A stretch of 32,265 bases of DNA, from the IMG/VR virus record IMGVR_UViG_2651869694_000010. The stretch is one strand, 5' to 3'. Both the position numbers and the translations under genes were made by a program. The notes under the pieces are model-generated. The model saw only the letters and a list, made by a program, of their open reading frames with translations. It was not told the origin of the DNA and did no database searches. Positions 18,477-28,050 of the stretch are shown here, one piece after another. The stretch is from a virus. Its lineage: Duplodnaviria > Heunggongvirae > Uroviricota > Caudoviricetes. Position 1 is the first letter of the stretch; each line of letters opens with the position of its first letter.

Positions 18477-21400
18477 TTTGGGGATTGATGCGGCAGAGTT
18501 TAAAAATGAAATCCCCCGTATCAAAAACCTTCTGAATGGTGCAGCCAGCGATGCAGAACGGTCTTCTGCCCGTATGCAGCGTTTTATGGAGCGTCAGACT
18601 CAGGCCGCCCGGCAGACAACGCAGGCGGCTTCTTCGGCTGCAACAGCCGCATCCGTCCATGCGCAGACGGTGGAGAAGAGCGCACAGGCTCATGAACGCA
18701 TGGCCCGCGAGGTGGAGCAAACCCGCCAGCGTATGGAGGCACTGAGCCAGAAAATGCGCGAGGAACAGGCGCAGGCCATGGCTCTGGCGGAGGCTCAGGA
18801 TAAAGCGGCTGCCGCGTTTTATCGTCAGATTGACAGTGTGAAACAGGCCAGTGCGGGGCTGCAGGAATTACAGCGTATTCAGCAGCAGATCCGACAGGCC
18901 AGAAACAGTGGCGGGATTGGTCAGCAGGATTATCTGGCGCTGATTTCTGAGGTTACGGCGAAAACCCGTGTTCTTACGCAGGCTGAGGAAGAGGCTACCC
19001 GACAGAAAGTGGCGTTTATCCGTCAGCTTAAAGAGCAGGCAACCCGCCAGAATCTTTCTTCTTCTGAGTTGCTTCGTGCTAAGGCTGCCCAGCTGGGGGT
19101 AAGCAGTGCTGCAGAAGTGTATATCCGCAAAATGGAGCAGGCAGGAAAAGCCACGCATTCGCTGGGTCTGAAAAGTGCAGCGGCCCGCCAGGAGATAGGC
19201 GTTCTGATAGGTGAACTGGCCCGCGGCAATTTAGGGGCGCTGAGGGGATCCGGGATAACGCTGGCTAACCGTGCCGGATGGATAGACACTCTGATGTCAC
19301 CGAAAGGCATGATGCTTGGCGGGGTTATTGGCGGTATTGCCGCGTCCGTCTATGGTCTGGGTAAAGCCTGGTATGACGGTCAGAAGGAGGGGGAAGAATT
19401 TAACCGCCAGCTGTCGCTGACGGGGCATTATGCCGGAGTCACTGCCGGGCAGCTGTGGACGCTCAGTCGTGCTATTTCCGGGAATGGTATCACGCAACAT
19501 GCTGCAGCCGGTGCGCTGGCTCAGGTGGTGGGGAGTGGTGCATTTCGTGGAAACGATATCGGTATGGTGGCGAGAGCTGCCGCACAGATGGAGCGATCGG
19601 TTGGCCAGTCGGTCAGCGATACCATAAATCAGTTTAAGCGGCTGAAGGATGATCCTGTAAATGCCGCGAAGGCTCTGGACAATGAGCTGCATTTTCTTAC
19701 TGCCACTCAGCTTGAGCAGATACGTGTCCTTGGGGATCAGGGACGGTCCAGTGATGCTGCACGGATAGCCATGTCTGCACTGGCAGAGGAAACCGGTCGG
19801 CGTACTGCGGATATTGATAATAACCTCAATGCGCTTGGCAGTACGCTGAAGTATCTGTCTGATTTGTGGAGTCGTTTCTGGGATGCGGCCATGAATATTG
19901 GTCGTGAAGACTCGCTGGATGAACAGATTGCCGCTTTACAGGAGAAAGTGTCGCGGGCGAAAAGACTCCCCTGGACGGCATCATCTTCTCAGGTTGAATA
20001 CGATCAGCAGCGTCTTAACGATCTTCAGGAGAAAAAACGCCAGAAGGATTTGCAGGATGCAAAAGAGCAGGCAGAGCGGAATTATCAGGAGCAACAGAAA
20101 CGACGTAATGCTGAAAATGCTGCACTGAACCGGATGAATGAAACGGAAGCAGCACGACATCAGCGTGAAATTGCGCGTATTAATTCCATGCAGTACGCCG
20201 ATCAGGCTGTCAGGGATGCAGCGATACAACGTGAAAATGAACGTTACGAGAAAGCCCTGGCATCCGGTAAGAAAAAAACACGCGAAACCCGTAATGATGA
20301 GGCCACCCGGTTATTGCTGCAGTACAGTCAGCAACAGGCACAGGTGGAAGGACAGATTGCTGCTGCAAGACAGTCAGCAGGCATTGCCACTGAAAAGATG
20401 ACAGAAGCGCATAAACAGCTTCTGGCTCTGCAGCAGCGCATCAGCGATCTGGACGGGAAAAAACTGACGGCAGATGAAAAGAGTGTGCTGGCCCGTAAAG
20501 ATGAACTGATTCAGGCACTGACGCTGCTGGATGTAAAACAGCAGGAGCTTCAGAAACAGACGGCACTCAACGATCTGAAGAAAAAAACAATTCAGCTGAC
20601 CAGTCAACTGGCTGAAGAAGAGCGCGCTCAGCGTCAGCAACATGACCTGGATATCGCCACGGTGGGTATGGGTGATCAGCAGCGGCAGCGATATCAGGTA
20701 CAACTGAGTCTTCGCCAGAAATACCAGCAACAGCTGGAGCAGTTGAGGCGGGATAGTGAGCAGAAAGGGACATATAACACGGATGACTACAGAAAGGCCG
20801 AGCAGGCGCTGACGGAGAGCCTGAACCGACAACTGAATGAGAATCGCCGTTACTGGCAACAGCTTGAAGTTGTGCAGGGTAACTGGAAAAACGGAGTCCT
20901 GCGTGCATTTCAGGATTTTACCGTGGATGCAGATAATACGGCAGGAACAGCAGAACAGGTGTTCTCGTCAGCCTTCAGCAACATGGGAAATGGCCTGGCA
21001 ACTTTTGTCACTACCGGCAAACTCAATTTCAAATCCTTCACCTCTTCTGTGCTGTCAGATATGGCGAAAATCCTGGCGCAGGCAACCATGATGAAATCGA
21101 TAAAAGGGATTGGCAGTGTACTGGGATTTGATCTCAGCAACCTTTCCCTGAATGCCAATGGGGGGATTTATCAGTCTGCTGATTTGAGTCGTTACAGTGG
21201 CACGGTGGTTAACCGTCCGACGTTTTTTGCTTTTGCAAAAGGCGCGGGTGTGATGGGTGAAGCGGGACCTGAAGCCATTCTGCCACTGCGTCGTGGTGCT
21301 GACGGTAAGCTGGGGGTTGTGGCGGATATTGGTGGTTCAGGTATGGCGATGTTTGCCCCGCAGTACAACATCGAGATCAATAACGATGGCACGAACGGGC

Positions 21401-21513
21401 AGATAGGTCCGGCTGCCCTGAAGGTGGTTTATGACCTTGGGAAAAAAGCGGCAGCGGACTTTATGCAACAGCAGGCCCGTGATGGTGGTCGGTTAAGTGG
21501 AGCATATCGGTAA
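18448..21513 (+). CDS. H: tail tape measure protein H
   Basis: 1021 aa from ATG at 18448 (GGAGG upstream); coiled-coil-rich; C-terminal INNDGTNGQIGPAALKVVYDLGKKAAADFMQQQARDGG matches the lambda gpH C-terminus as I recall it. Confidence 0.9.
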   Translation: MDQIANLVIDLGIDAAEFKNEIPRIKNLLNGAASDAERSSARMQRFMERQTQAARQTTQAASSAATAASVHAQTVEKSAQAHERMAREVEQTRQRMEALSQKMREEQAQAMALAEAQDKAAAAFYRQIDSVKQASAGLQELQRIQQQIRQARNSGGIGQQDYLALISEVTAKTRVLTQAEEEATRQKVAFIRQLKEQATRQNLSSSELLRAKAAQLGVSSAAEVYIRKMEQAGKATHSLGLKSAAARQEIGVLIGELARGNLGALRGSGITLANRAGWIDTLMSPKGMMLGGVIGGIAASVYGLGKAWYDGQKEGEEFNRQLSLTGHYAGVTAGQLWTLSRAISGNGITQHAAAGALAQVVGSGAFRGNDIGMVARAAAQMERSVGQSVSDTINQFKRLKDDPVNAAKALDNELHFLTATQLEQIRVLGDQGRSSDAARIAMSALAEETGRRTADIDNNLNALGSTLKYLSDLWSRFWDAAMNIGREDSLDEQIAALQEKVSRAKRLPWTASSSQVEYDQQRLNDLQEKKRQKDLQDAKEQAERNYQEQQKRRNAENAALNRMNETEAARHQREIARINSMQYADQAVRDAAIQRENERYEKALASGKKKTRETRNDEATRLLLQYSQQQAQVEGQIAAARQSAGIATEKMTEAHKQLLALQQRISDLDGKKLTADEKSVLARKDELIQALTLLDVKQQELQKQTALNDLKKKTIQLTSQLAEEERAQRQQHDLDIATVGMGDQQRQRYQVQLSLRQKYQQQLEQLRRDSEQKGTYNTDDYRKAEQALTESLNRQLNENRRYWQQLEVVQGNWKNGVLRAFQDFTVDADNTAGTAEQVFSSAFSNMGNGLATFVTTGKLNFKSFTSSVLSDMAKILAQATMMKSIKGIGSVLGFDLSNLSLNANGGIYQSADLSRYSGTVVNRPTFFAFAKGAGVMGEAGPEAILPLRRGADGKLGVVADIGGSGMAMFAPQYNIEINNDGTNGQIGPAALKVVYDLGKKAAADFMQQQARDGGRLSGAYR

Positions 21514-21842
21514 TGGAGACGTTTCACTGGAAAGTGCGGCCGGATATGAATGTGGTATCAGAGCCGAAAGTGGTGACAGTGAAGCTGGGCGATGGTTATG
21601 AACAGCGTCGTGCGGCGGGACTGAATAACCAGTTGTCGACTTACAGCGTGACGATACGTGTTCGTAAATGTGAACACCCATCTTTAAAAGCCTTTCTGGA
21701 ACGGCACGGTGGCGTCCGCGCATTTCAGTGGACGCCACCTTATGACTGGAAACCGATCAGGGTGGTTTGTCGTAAATGGTCGGCAAGCGTGGGGGCGCTG
21801 TGGGTAACCATAACGGCAGATTTTGAACAGGTCGTGGCATAG
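21513..21842 (+). CDS. M: minor tail protein M
   Basis: METFHWKVRPDMNVVSEPKVV...TPPYDWKPIRVVCRKWS...FEQVVA resembles lambda gpM; start overlaps the H stop (TAATG). Confidence 0.9.
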   Translation: METFHWKVRPDMNVVSEPKVVTVKLGDGYEQRRAAGLNNQLSTYSVTIRVRKCEHPSLKAFLERHGGVRAFQWTPPYDWKPIRVVCRKWSASVGALWVTITADFEQVVA

Positions 21843-21851
21843 GAGGCTCTG

Positions 21852-22550
21852 ATGCAGGATATTCCACAGGAAACACATCATGAGACGACACGCCTCACTC
21901 AGTCAGCCCAGGTGGTGCTCTGGGAAATCGATCTGACAGAGGTCGGTGGTGAACGTTATTTTTTCTGTAATGAGCAGAACGAAAAAGGTGAGCCGGTTAC
22001 CTGGCAGGGGCGGCAGTATCAGGCATACTCCATTCAGGGGACAGGATTTGAACTGAACGGCAAGGGCAGTGCTGCCCGTCCGACACTGACGGTTTCTAAC
22101 CTGCACGGCATGGTCACGGGGATGGCGGAAGACCTGCAGAGTCTGGTCGGCGGAACGGTGGTCAGGCGTAAGGTTTACGCCCGTTTTCTGGATGCGGTGA
22201 ACTTCGTCAACGGAAACAGCGACGCCGATCCGGAGCAGGAGGTGATCAGCCGCTGGCGCATCGAGCAGTGCAGCGAACTGAGTGCGGTCAGTGCCTCCTT
22301 TGTGTTGTCCACACCGACGGAAACGGATGGTGCTGTTTTTCCGGGGCGTATCATGCTGGCCAACACCTGCACCTGGACCTATCGCGGTGATGAGTGTGGT
22401 TATCACGGTCCGGCTGTCGCGGATGAATATGACCAGCCGACGTCCGATATCACGAAGGATAAATGCAGCAAATGCCTGAGCGGCTGTAAGTTTCGCAATA
22501 ACGTCGGCAACTTTGGCGGCTTCCTTTCCATTAACAAACTTTCGCAGTAA
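21852..22550 (+). CDS. L: minor tail protein L
   Basis: 232 aa following M, with the Cys-rich C-terminal region typical of gpL. Confidence 0.9.
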   Translation: MQDIPQETHHETTRLTQSAQVVLWEIDLTEVGGERYFFCNEQNEKGEPVTWQGRQYQAYSIQGTGFELNGKGSAARPTLTVSNLHGMVTGMAEDLQSLVGGTVVRRKVYARFLDAVNFVNGNSDADPEQEVISRWRIEQCSELSAVSASFVLSTPTETDGAVFPGRIMLANTCTWTYRGDECGYHGPAVADEYDQPTSDITKDKCSKCLSGCKFRNNVGNFGGFLSINKLSQ

Positions 22551-22554
22551 TCCC

Positions 22555-23298
22555 ATGACACAGACAGAATCAGCGATTCTGGCGCACGCCCGGCGATGTG
22601 CGCCAGCGGAGTCGTGCGGCTTCGTGGTGAGAACGCCGGAAGGGGAAAGATATTTTCCCTGCGTGAATATCTCCGGTGAGCCGGAGGCGTATTTCCGGAT
22701 ATCGCCGGAGGACTGGCTGCGGGCAGAGATGCAGGGTGAGATTGTGGCGCTGGTCCACAGCCACCCCGGTGGTCTGCCCTGGCTGAGTGAGGCCGACCGG
22801 CGGCTGCAGGTGCAGAGTGATTTGCCGTGGTGGCTGGTCTGCCGGGGTGAGATTCATAAATTCCGCTGTGTGCCGCATCTCACCGGGCGGCGCTTTGAGC
22901 ACGGGGTGACGGACTGTTACACGCTGTTCCGGGATGCTTACCATCTGGCGGGGATTGAGATGCCGGATTTTCATCGTGAGGATGACTGGTGGCGTCACGG
23001 TCAGAATCTCTATCTGGATAATCTGGAGGCAACGGGGCTGTATCAGGTGCCGTTGTCAGCGGCGCAGCCGGGCGATGTGCTGCTGTGCTGTTTTGGTTCA
23101 TCGGTGCCGAATCATGCCGCTATTTACTGCGGCGACGGCGAGCTGCTGCACCATATTCCTGAACAACTGAGTAAACGAGAGAGGTATACCGACAAATGGC
23201 AGCGACGCACACACTCCCTCTGGCGTCACCGGGCATGGCACGCATCTGCTTTTACGGGGATTTACAACGATTTGGCCGCCGCATCGACCTTCGTGTGA
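22555..23298 (+). CDS. K: tail assembly protein K (JAB/MPN plus NlpC/P60-like)
   Basis: ATG at 22555; HSHP motif (LVHSHPGG) followed by a Cys/His peptidase-like region, as in lambda gpK. Confidence 0.9.
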   Translation: MTQTESAILAHARRCAPAESCGFVVRTPEGERYFPCVNISGEPEAYFRISPEDWLRAEMQGEIVALVHSHPGGLPWLSEADRRLQVQSDLPWWLVCRGEIHKFRCVPHLTGRRFEHGVTDCYTLFRDAYHLAGIEMPDFHREDDWWRHGQNLYLDNLEATGLYQVPLSAAQPGDVLLCCFGSSVPNHAAIYCGDGELLHHIPEQLSKRERYTDKWQRRTHSLWRHRAWHASAFTGIYNDLAAASTFV

Positions 23299-23843
23299 AA
23301 ACGGGGGCTGAAGCCATCCGGGCGCTGTCCACACAGGTCCCGGCGTTTCGTCAGAAACTGAATGACGGCTGGTATCAGGTGCGCATTGCCGGGCGTGATG
23401 CAGGTGAAACCGAATTATCTGCCCGTCTTAATGAGCCGCTGGCAAATGGTGCCGTGATCCATATCGTGCCGCGTCTGGCGGGAGCTAAAAGTGGCGGTGT
23501 GTTTCAGGTGGTGCTGGGGGCGGCGCTGATTGCGGTGGCATGGTGGAACCCTGTGGGCTGGCTGGGTGCCGCGGCTGTATCGGGCATGTATGCGGCAGGG
23601 GCCAGTATGATCCTGGGCGGTGTGGCGCAGATGCTGGCACCGAAAGCCAGGACGCCCACGGCAGCCAGTACAGATAACGGCAAACAGAACACCTATTTCT
23701 CCTCACTGGATAACATGGTTGCTCAGGGCAATGTTCTGCCTGTTCTGTACGGTGAAATGCGTGTGGGGTCTCGTGTGGTTTCTCAGGAGATCAGCACGGC
23801 AGACGAAGGGGACGGTGGTCAGGTTGTGGTGATTGGTCGCTGA
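23196..23843 (+). CDS. I: tail assembly protein I
   Basis: Overlaps the K 3' end by about 100 nt, as in lambda; C-terminus ...NTYFSSLDNMVAQGNVLPVLYGEMRVGSRVVSQEIS matches gpI-family proteins as I recall them. Confidence 0.85.
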   Translation: MAATHTLPLASPGMARICFYGDLQRFGRRIDLRVKTGAEAIRALSTQVPAFRQKLNDGWYQVRIAGRDAGETELSARLNEPLANGAVIHIVPRLAGAKSGGVFQVVLGAALIAVAWWNPVGWLGAAAVSGMYAAGASMILGGVAQMLAPKARTPTAASTDNGKQNTYFSSLDNMVAQGNVLPVLYGEMRVGSRVVSQEISTADEGDGGQVVVIGR

Positions 23844-23903
23844 TACAAAATGTTTTATGTGAAACCGCCTGCGGGCGGTTTTGTCGTTTATGGAGCGTGA
23901 CGA

Positions 23904-26900
23904 ATGGGTAAAGGCAGCAGTAAGGGGCATACCCCGCGCGAAGCGAAAGATAACCTGAAATCCACGCAGCTGCTGAGTGTGATTGATGCCATCAGCGAAG
24001 GGCCGGTTGAAGGTCCGGTGGATGGATTAAAAAGCGTGCTGCTGAACAGTACGCCGGTGCTGGACAGTGAGGGGAATACCAACATCTCCGGCGTCACGGT
24101 GGTGTTCCGGGCAGGTGAGCAGGAGCAGACACCGCCGGAAGGTTTTGAATCCTCCGGCTCCGAGACTGTGCTGGGTACGGAAGTGAAATATGACACGCCG
24201 ATCACCCGCACCATCACGTCGGCAAACATCGACCGTCTGCGCTTTACCTTCGGTGTGCAGGCACTGGTGGAAACCACTTCAAAGGGGGACCGGAATCCGT
24301 CGGAAGTCCGCCTGCTGGTTCAGATACAGCGTAACGGTGGCTGGGTGACGGAAAAAGACATCACCATTAAGGGCAAAACCACCTCGCAGTATCTGGCCTC
24401 GGTGGTGGTGGATAACCTGCCGCCGCGCCCGTTTAATATCCGGATGCGCAGGATGACGCCGGACAGCACCACAGACCAGCTGCAGAACAAAACGCTCTGG
24501 TCGTCATACACCGAAATCATCGATGTGAAACAGGGCTACCCGAACACGGCACTGGTCGGCGTGCAGGTGGACTCGGAACAGTTCGGCAGTCAGCAGGTGA
24601 GCCGTAATTATCATCTGCGCGGGCGTATTCTGCAGGTGCCGTCGAACTATAACCCGCAGACGCGGCAATACAGCGGTATCTGGGACGGAACGTTTAAGCC
24701 AGCATACAGCAACAACATGGCCTGGTGTCTGTGGGATATGCTGACCCATCCGCGCTACGGCATGGGGAAACGTCTTGGTGCGGCGGATGTGGATAAATGG
24801 GCGCTGTATGTCATCGGCCAGAATTGCGACCAGTCGGTGCCGGATGGCTTTGGTGGCACGGAGCCGCGCATCACCTGTAATGCGTACATGACCACGCAGC
24901 GCAAGGCGTGGGATGTGCTCAGTGATTTCTGCTCGGCGATGCGCTGTATGCCGGTATGGAACGGGCAGACGCTGACGTTCGTGCAGGACCGGCCATCGGA
25001 TAAGGTGTGGACCTATAACCGCAGTAATGTGGTGATGCCGGAAGATGGCGCGCCGTTCCGCTACAGCTTCAGCGCCCTGAAGGACCGTCATAATGCCGTT
25101 GAGGTGAACTGGATTGACCCGGATAACGGCTGGGAGACGGCGACAGAGCTTGTGGAGGACACGCGGGCCATTGCCCGTTACGGTCGTAATGTCACGAAGA
25201 TGGACGCCTTTGGCTGTACCAGCCGGGGGCAGGCACACCGCGCCGGGCTGTGGCTGATTAAAACGGAGCTGCTGGAAACGCAGACCGTGGACTTCAGCGT
25301 GGGTGCTGAAGGGCTTCGCCATGTACCGGGCGATGTCATTGAAATCTGCGATGATGACTATGCCGGTATCAGCACCGGCGGGCGCGTGCTGGCGGTGAAC
25401 AGCCAGACCCGGACGCTGACGCTCGACCGTGAAATCACGCTGCCATCCTCCGGCACCACGCTGATAAGCCTGGTTGACGGGCAGGGTAATCCGGTGAGCG
25501 TGGAGGTCCAGTCCGTCACCGACGGCGTGAAGGTAAAAGTGAGCCGTGTTCCTGACGGCGTTGCCGGATACAGCGTGTGGGGGCTGAAGCTGCCGACGCT
25601 GCGCCAGCGCCTGTTCCGCTGCGTGAGTATCCGTGAGAACGACGACGGCACGTATGCCATCACCGCCGTGCAGCATGTACCGGAAAAAGAGGCCATCGTG
25701 GATAACGGGGCGCACTTTGACGGCGACCAGAGCGGAACGGTAAACGGTGTCACGCCGCCAGCAGTACAGCACCTGACCGCAGAAGTCACCGCAGACAGCG
25801 GGGAATACCAGGTGCTGGCGCGCTGGGACACGCCGAAGGTGGTGAAGGGCGTGAGCTTTATGCTTCGCCTGACCGTGGCAGCTGATGACGGCAGTGAGCG
25901 GCTGGTCAGCACGGCCCGGACGACGGAAACCACATACCGCTTCACACAACTGGCGCTGGGGAACTACAGGCTGACAGTCCGGGCAGTAAATGCGTGGGGG
26001 CAGCAGGGCGATCCGGCATCGGTATCGTTCCGGATTGCCGCACCGGCAGCGCCGTCGCAGATTGAGCTGACACCGGGGTATTTTCAGATAACCGCCACGC
26101 CGCATCTTGCGGTTTATGATCCGACGGTACAGTTTGAGTTCTGGTTCTCGGAAAAGCGGATTGCGGATATCAGGCAGGTTGATACCAGCGCGCGCTATCT
26201 TGGCACGGGGATGTACTGGATAGCCGCCAGTATCAATATCAAACCGGGCCATGATTATTACTTTTATATCCGCAGTGTGAACACCGTTGGCAAATCGGCA
26301 TTCGTGGAGGCTGTCGGTCAGGCGAGCGATGATGCGGAAGGTTACCTGGATTTTTTCAAAGGCCAGATAACCGAATCCCATCTCGGCAAGGAGCTGCTGG
26401 AAAAAGTCGAGCTGACGGAGGATAACGCCAGCAAACTGGAGGAGTTTTCGAAAGAGTGGCAGGACGCTAACGATAAGTGGAATGCCATGTGGGGCGTCAA
26501 AATTGAGCAGACCAAAGACGGCAAACATTATGTCGCGGGTATTGGCCTCAGCATGGAGGACACGGAAGAAGGCAAGCTGAGCCAGTTTCTGGTTGCCGCT
26601 AACCGTATCGCGTTTATTGACCCGGCAAACGGGAATGAAACGCCGATGTTTGTGGCGCAGGGCAATCAGATATTTATGAACGACGTGTTCCTGAAGCGCC
26701 TGACGGCACCCACCATTACCAGCGGTGGCAGTCCTCCGGTATTTTCCCTGACATCAGACGGAAAGCTGACGGCGAAAAATGCGGATATCAGTGGCAGTGT
26801 GAATGCGAACTCCGGGACGCTCAACAATGTCACGATAAATGAAAACTGTACGATTAAGGGCATGCTGGAGGCGACCCAGGTCAGAGGGGATTTCGTTAAA

Positions 26901-27317
26901 GCTGTATCAAAAGCCTTCCCGAAAAAAGTCGGTACGTGGGGTAACACGGAAACACCAAACGGTACGGTTACAGTCACCATCAGCGATGATCATAACTTTG
27001 ACCGTCAAATCATTATTCCGCCCATTATCTTTAACGGAATAGCGTATAGCGATCCGGGAAGTGGTAATAACCCGGGAGGTACAAGATACACGGGTTATGG
27101 TTTTGAAGTTCGCAAAAACGGTGTATTAATCGCATCCAGAGAAACTAAAGGGGCCATTCCCGGTAGCTACAGTGCGGTTATTGATATGCCGAGTGGCAGG
27201 GGAAGCGTCACTCTGGAGTTTAAGGTTTTCCATAAAGGCAATCAGCGGGCAGGTAATATCACCGACTGTACGGTGATTGTGACCAAAAAAGCCGCTTCCG
27301 GCATCAGTATTCGTTGA
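23904..27317 (+). CDS. J: host specificity / central tail fibre protein J
   Basis: 1137 aa, gpJ-sized, in the gpJ position; conserved N-terminal body with a distinct C-terminal region. Confidence 0.9.
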   Translation: MGKGSSKGHTPREAKDNLKSTQLLSVIDAISEGPVEGPVDGLKSVLLNSTPVLDSEGNTNISGVTVVFRAGEQEQTPPEGFESSGSETVLGTEVKYDTPITRTITSANIDRLRFTFGVQALVETTSKGDRNPSEVRLLVQIQRNGGWVTEKDITIKGKTTSQYLASVVVDNLPPRPFNIRMRRMTPDSTTDQLQNKTLWSSYTEIIDVKQGYPNTALVGVQVDSEQFGSQQVSRNYHLRGRILQVPSNYNPQTRQYSGIWDGTFKPAYSNNMAWCLWDMLTHPRYGMGKRLGAADVDKWALYVIGQNCDQSVPDGFGGTEPRITCNAYMTTQRKAWDVLSDFCSAMRCMPVWNGQTLTFVQDRPSDKVWTYNRSNVVMPEDGAPFRYSFSALKDRHNAVEVNWIDPDNGWETATELVEDTRAIARYGRNVTKMDAFGCTSRGQAHRAGLWLIKTELLETQTVDFSVGAEGLRHVPGDVIEICDDDYAGISTGGRVLAVNSQTRTLTLDREITLPSSGTTLISLVDGQGNPVSVEVQSVTDGVKVKVSRVPDGVAGYSVWGLKLPTLRQRLFRCVSIRENDDGTYAITAVQHVPEKEAIVDNGAHFDGDQSGTVNGVTPPAVQHLTAEVTADSGEYQVLARWDTPKVVKGVSFMLRLTVAADDGSERLVSTARTTETTYRFTQLALGNYRLTVRAVNAWGQQGDPASVSFRIAAPAAPSQIELTPGYFQITATPHLAVYDPTVQFEFWFSEKRIADIRQVDTSARYLGTGMYWIAASINIKPGHDYYFYIRSVNTVGKSAFVEAVGQASDDAEGYLDFFKGQITESHLGKELLEKVELTEDNASKLEEFSKEWQDANDKWNAMWGVKIEQTKDGKHYVAGIGLSMEDTEEGKLSQFLVAANRIAFIDPANGNETPMFVAQGNQIFMNDVFLKRLTAPTITSGGSPPVFSLTSDGKLTAKNADISGSVNANSGTLNNVTINENCTIKGMLEATQVRGDFVKAVSKAFPKKVGTWGNTETPNGTVTVTISDDHNFDRQIIIPPIIFNGIAYSDPGSGNNPGGTRYTGYGFEVRKNGVLIASRETKGAIPGSYSAVIDMPSGRGSVTLEFKVFHKGNQRAGNITDCTVIVTKKAASGISIR

Positions 27318-27337
27318 AATTGTTATAACCCATATAA

Positions 27338-27363
27338 GGGCACCAGAAATGGTGCCTTTTTTA
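27338..27363 (+). terminator. intrinsic terminator after J
   Basis: GGGCACC-AGAAAT-GGTGCC followed by TTTTTT. Confidence 0.6.
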
Positions 27364-27386
27364 TTGCAGAAAAGCGAGAGGTAATT

Positions 27387-27986
27387 ATGCGTAAACTTTA
27401 TGCCGCCATTTTTTCCGCAGCCATTTGTCTGGCCGTATCCGGTGCGCCTGCATGGGCATCTGAACATCAGTCCACGCTGAGCGCGGGGTATCTTCATGCC
27501 TCGACGAACGTTCCCGGCAGTGATGATCTGAACGGGATTAACGTGAAATACCGTTATGAGTTTACGGACACACTGGGGATGGTGACGTCGTTCAGCTATG
27601 CAGGAGACAAGAATCGCCAGCTGACCCATTACAGCGATACCCGCTGGTATGAAGATTCCGTGCGTAACCGCTGGTTCAGCGTGATGGCGGGGCCGTCTGT
27701 GCGCGTGAATGAATGGTTCAGCGCGTATGCGATGGCGGGTGTGGCTTACAGCCGTGTGTCGACTTTCTCCGGGGATTATCTCCGCGTAACTGACAACAAG
27801 GGGAAAAAGCACGATGTGCTGACCGGAAGTGATGACGGTCGCCACAGCAACACGTCTCTGGCGTGGGGAGCTGGCGTGCAGTTTAACCCGACCGAATCCG
27901 TGGCCATTGATGTCGCTTATGAAGGCTCCGGCAGTGGTGACTGGCGCACTGACGGGTTCATCGTGGGTGTTGGTTATAAATTCTGA
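27387..27986 (+). CDS. lom: Lom-like outer membrane beta-barrel protein (Ail/OmpX/Lom family)
   Basis: Signal peptide MRKLYAAIFSAAICLAVSGAPAWA, alternating beta-strand pattern, C-terminal ...GFIVGVGYKF typical of OMP barrels; sits between J and stf as in lambda. Confidence 0.85.
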   Translation: MRKLYAAIFSAAICLAVSGAPAWASEHQSTLSAGYLHASTNVPGSDDLNGINVKYRYEFTDTLGMVTSFSYAGDKNRQLTHYSDTRWYEDSVRNRWFSVMAGPSVRVNEWFSAYAMAGVAYSRVSTFSGDYLRVTDNKGKKHDVLTGSDDGRHSNTSLAWGAGVQFNPTESVAIDVAYEGSGSGDWRTDGFIVGVGYKF

Positions 27987-28012
27987 TTAGCCAGGTAACA
28001 CAGTGTTATGAC

Positions 28013-28040
28013 AGCCCGCCGGTTCAGGCGGGCTTTTTTG
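28013..28040 (+). terminator. intrinsic terminator after lom
   Basis: AGCCCGCC-GGTTCA-GGCGGGCT followed by TTTTTT. Confidence 0.65.
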
Positions 28041-28050
28041 TGGGGTGAAT

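Noticed and set aside
18358-20908. Several minus-strand and alternative-frame ORFs inside the tape measure gene H
   Set aside because: All are embedded in the well-supported H reading frame; they are low-complexity with no RBS context I could identify.
24504-26528. 674-aa ORF on the minus strand inside J
   Set aside because: It lies entirely antisense to the J gene, whose assignment rests on its gpJ-like size and position; long antisense ORFs are expected in GC-rich coding sequence, and the product is Arg/Pro/His-rich with no recognisable family.
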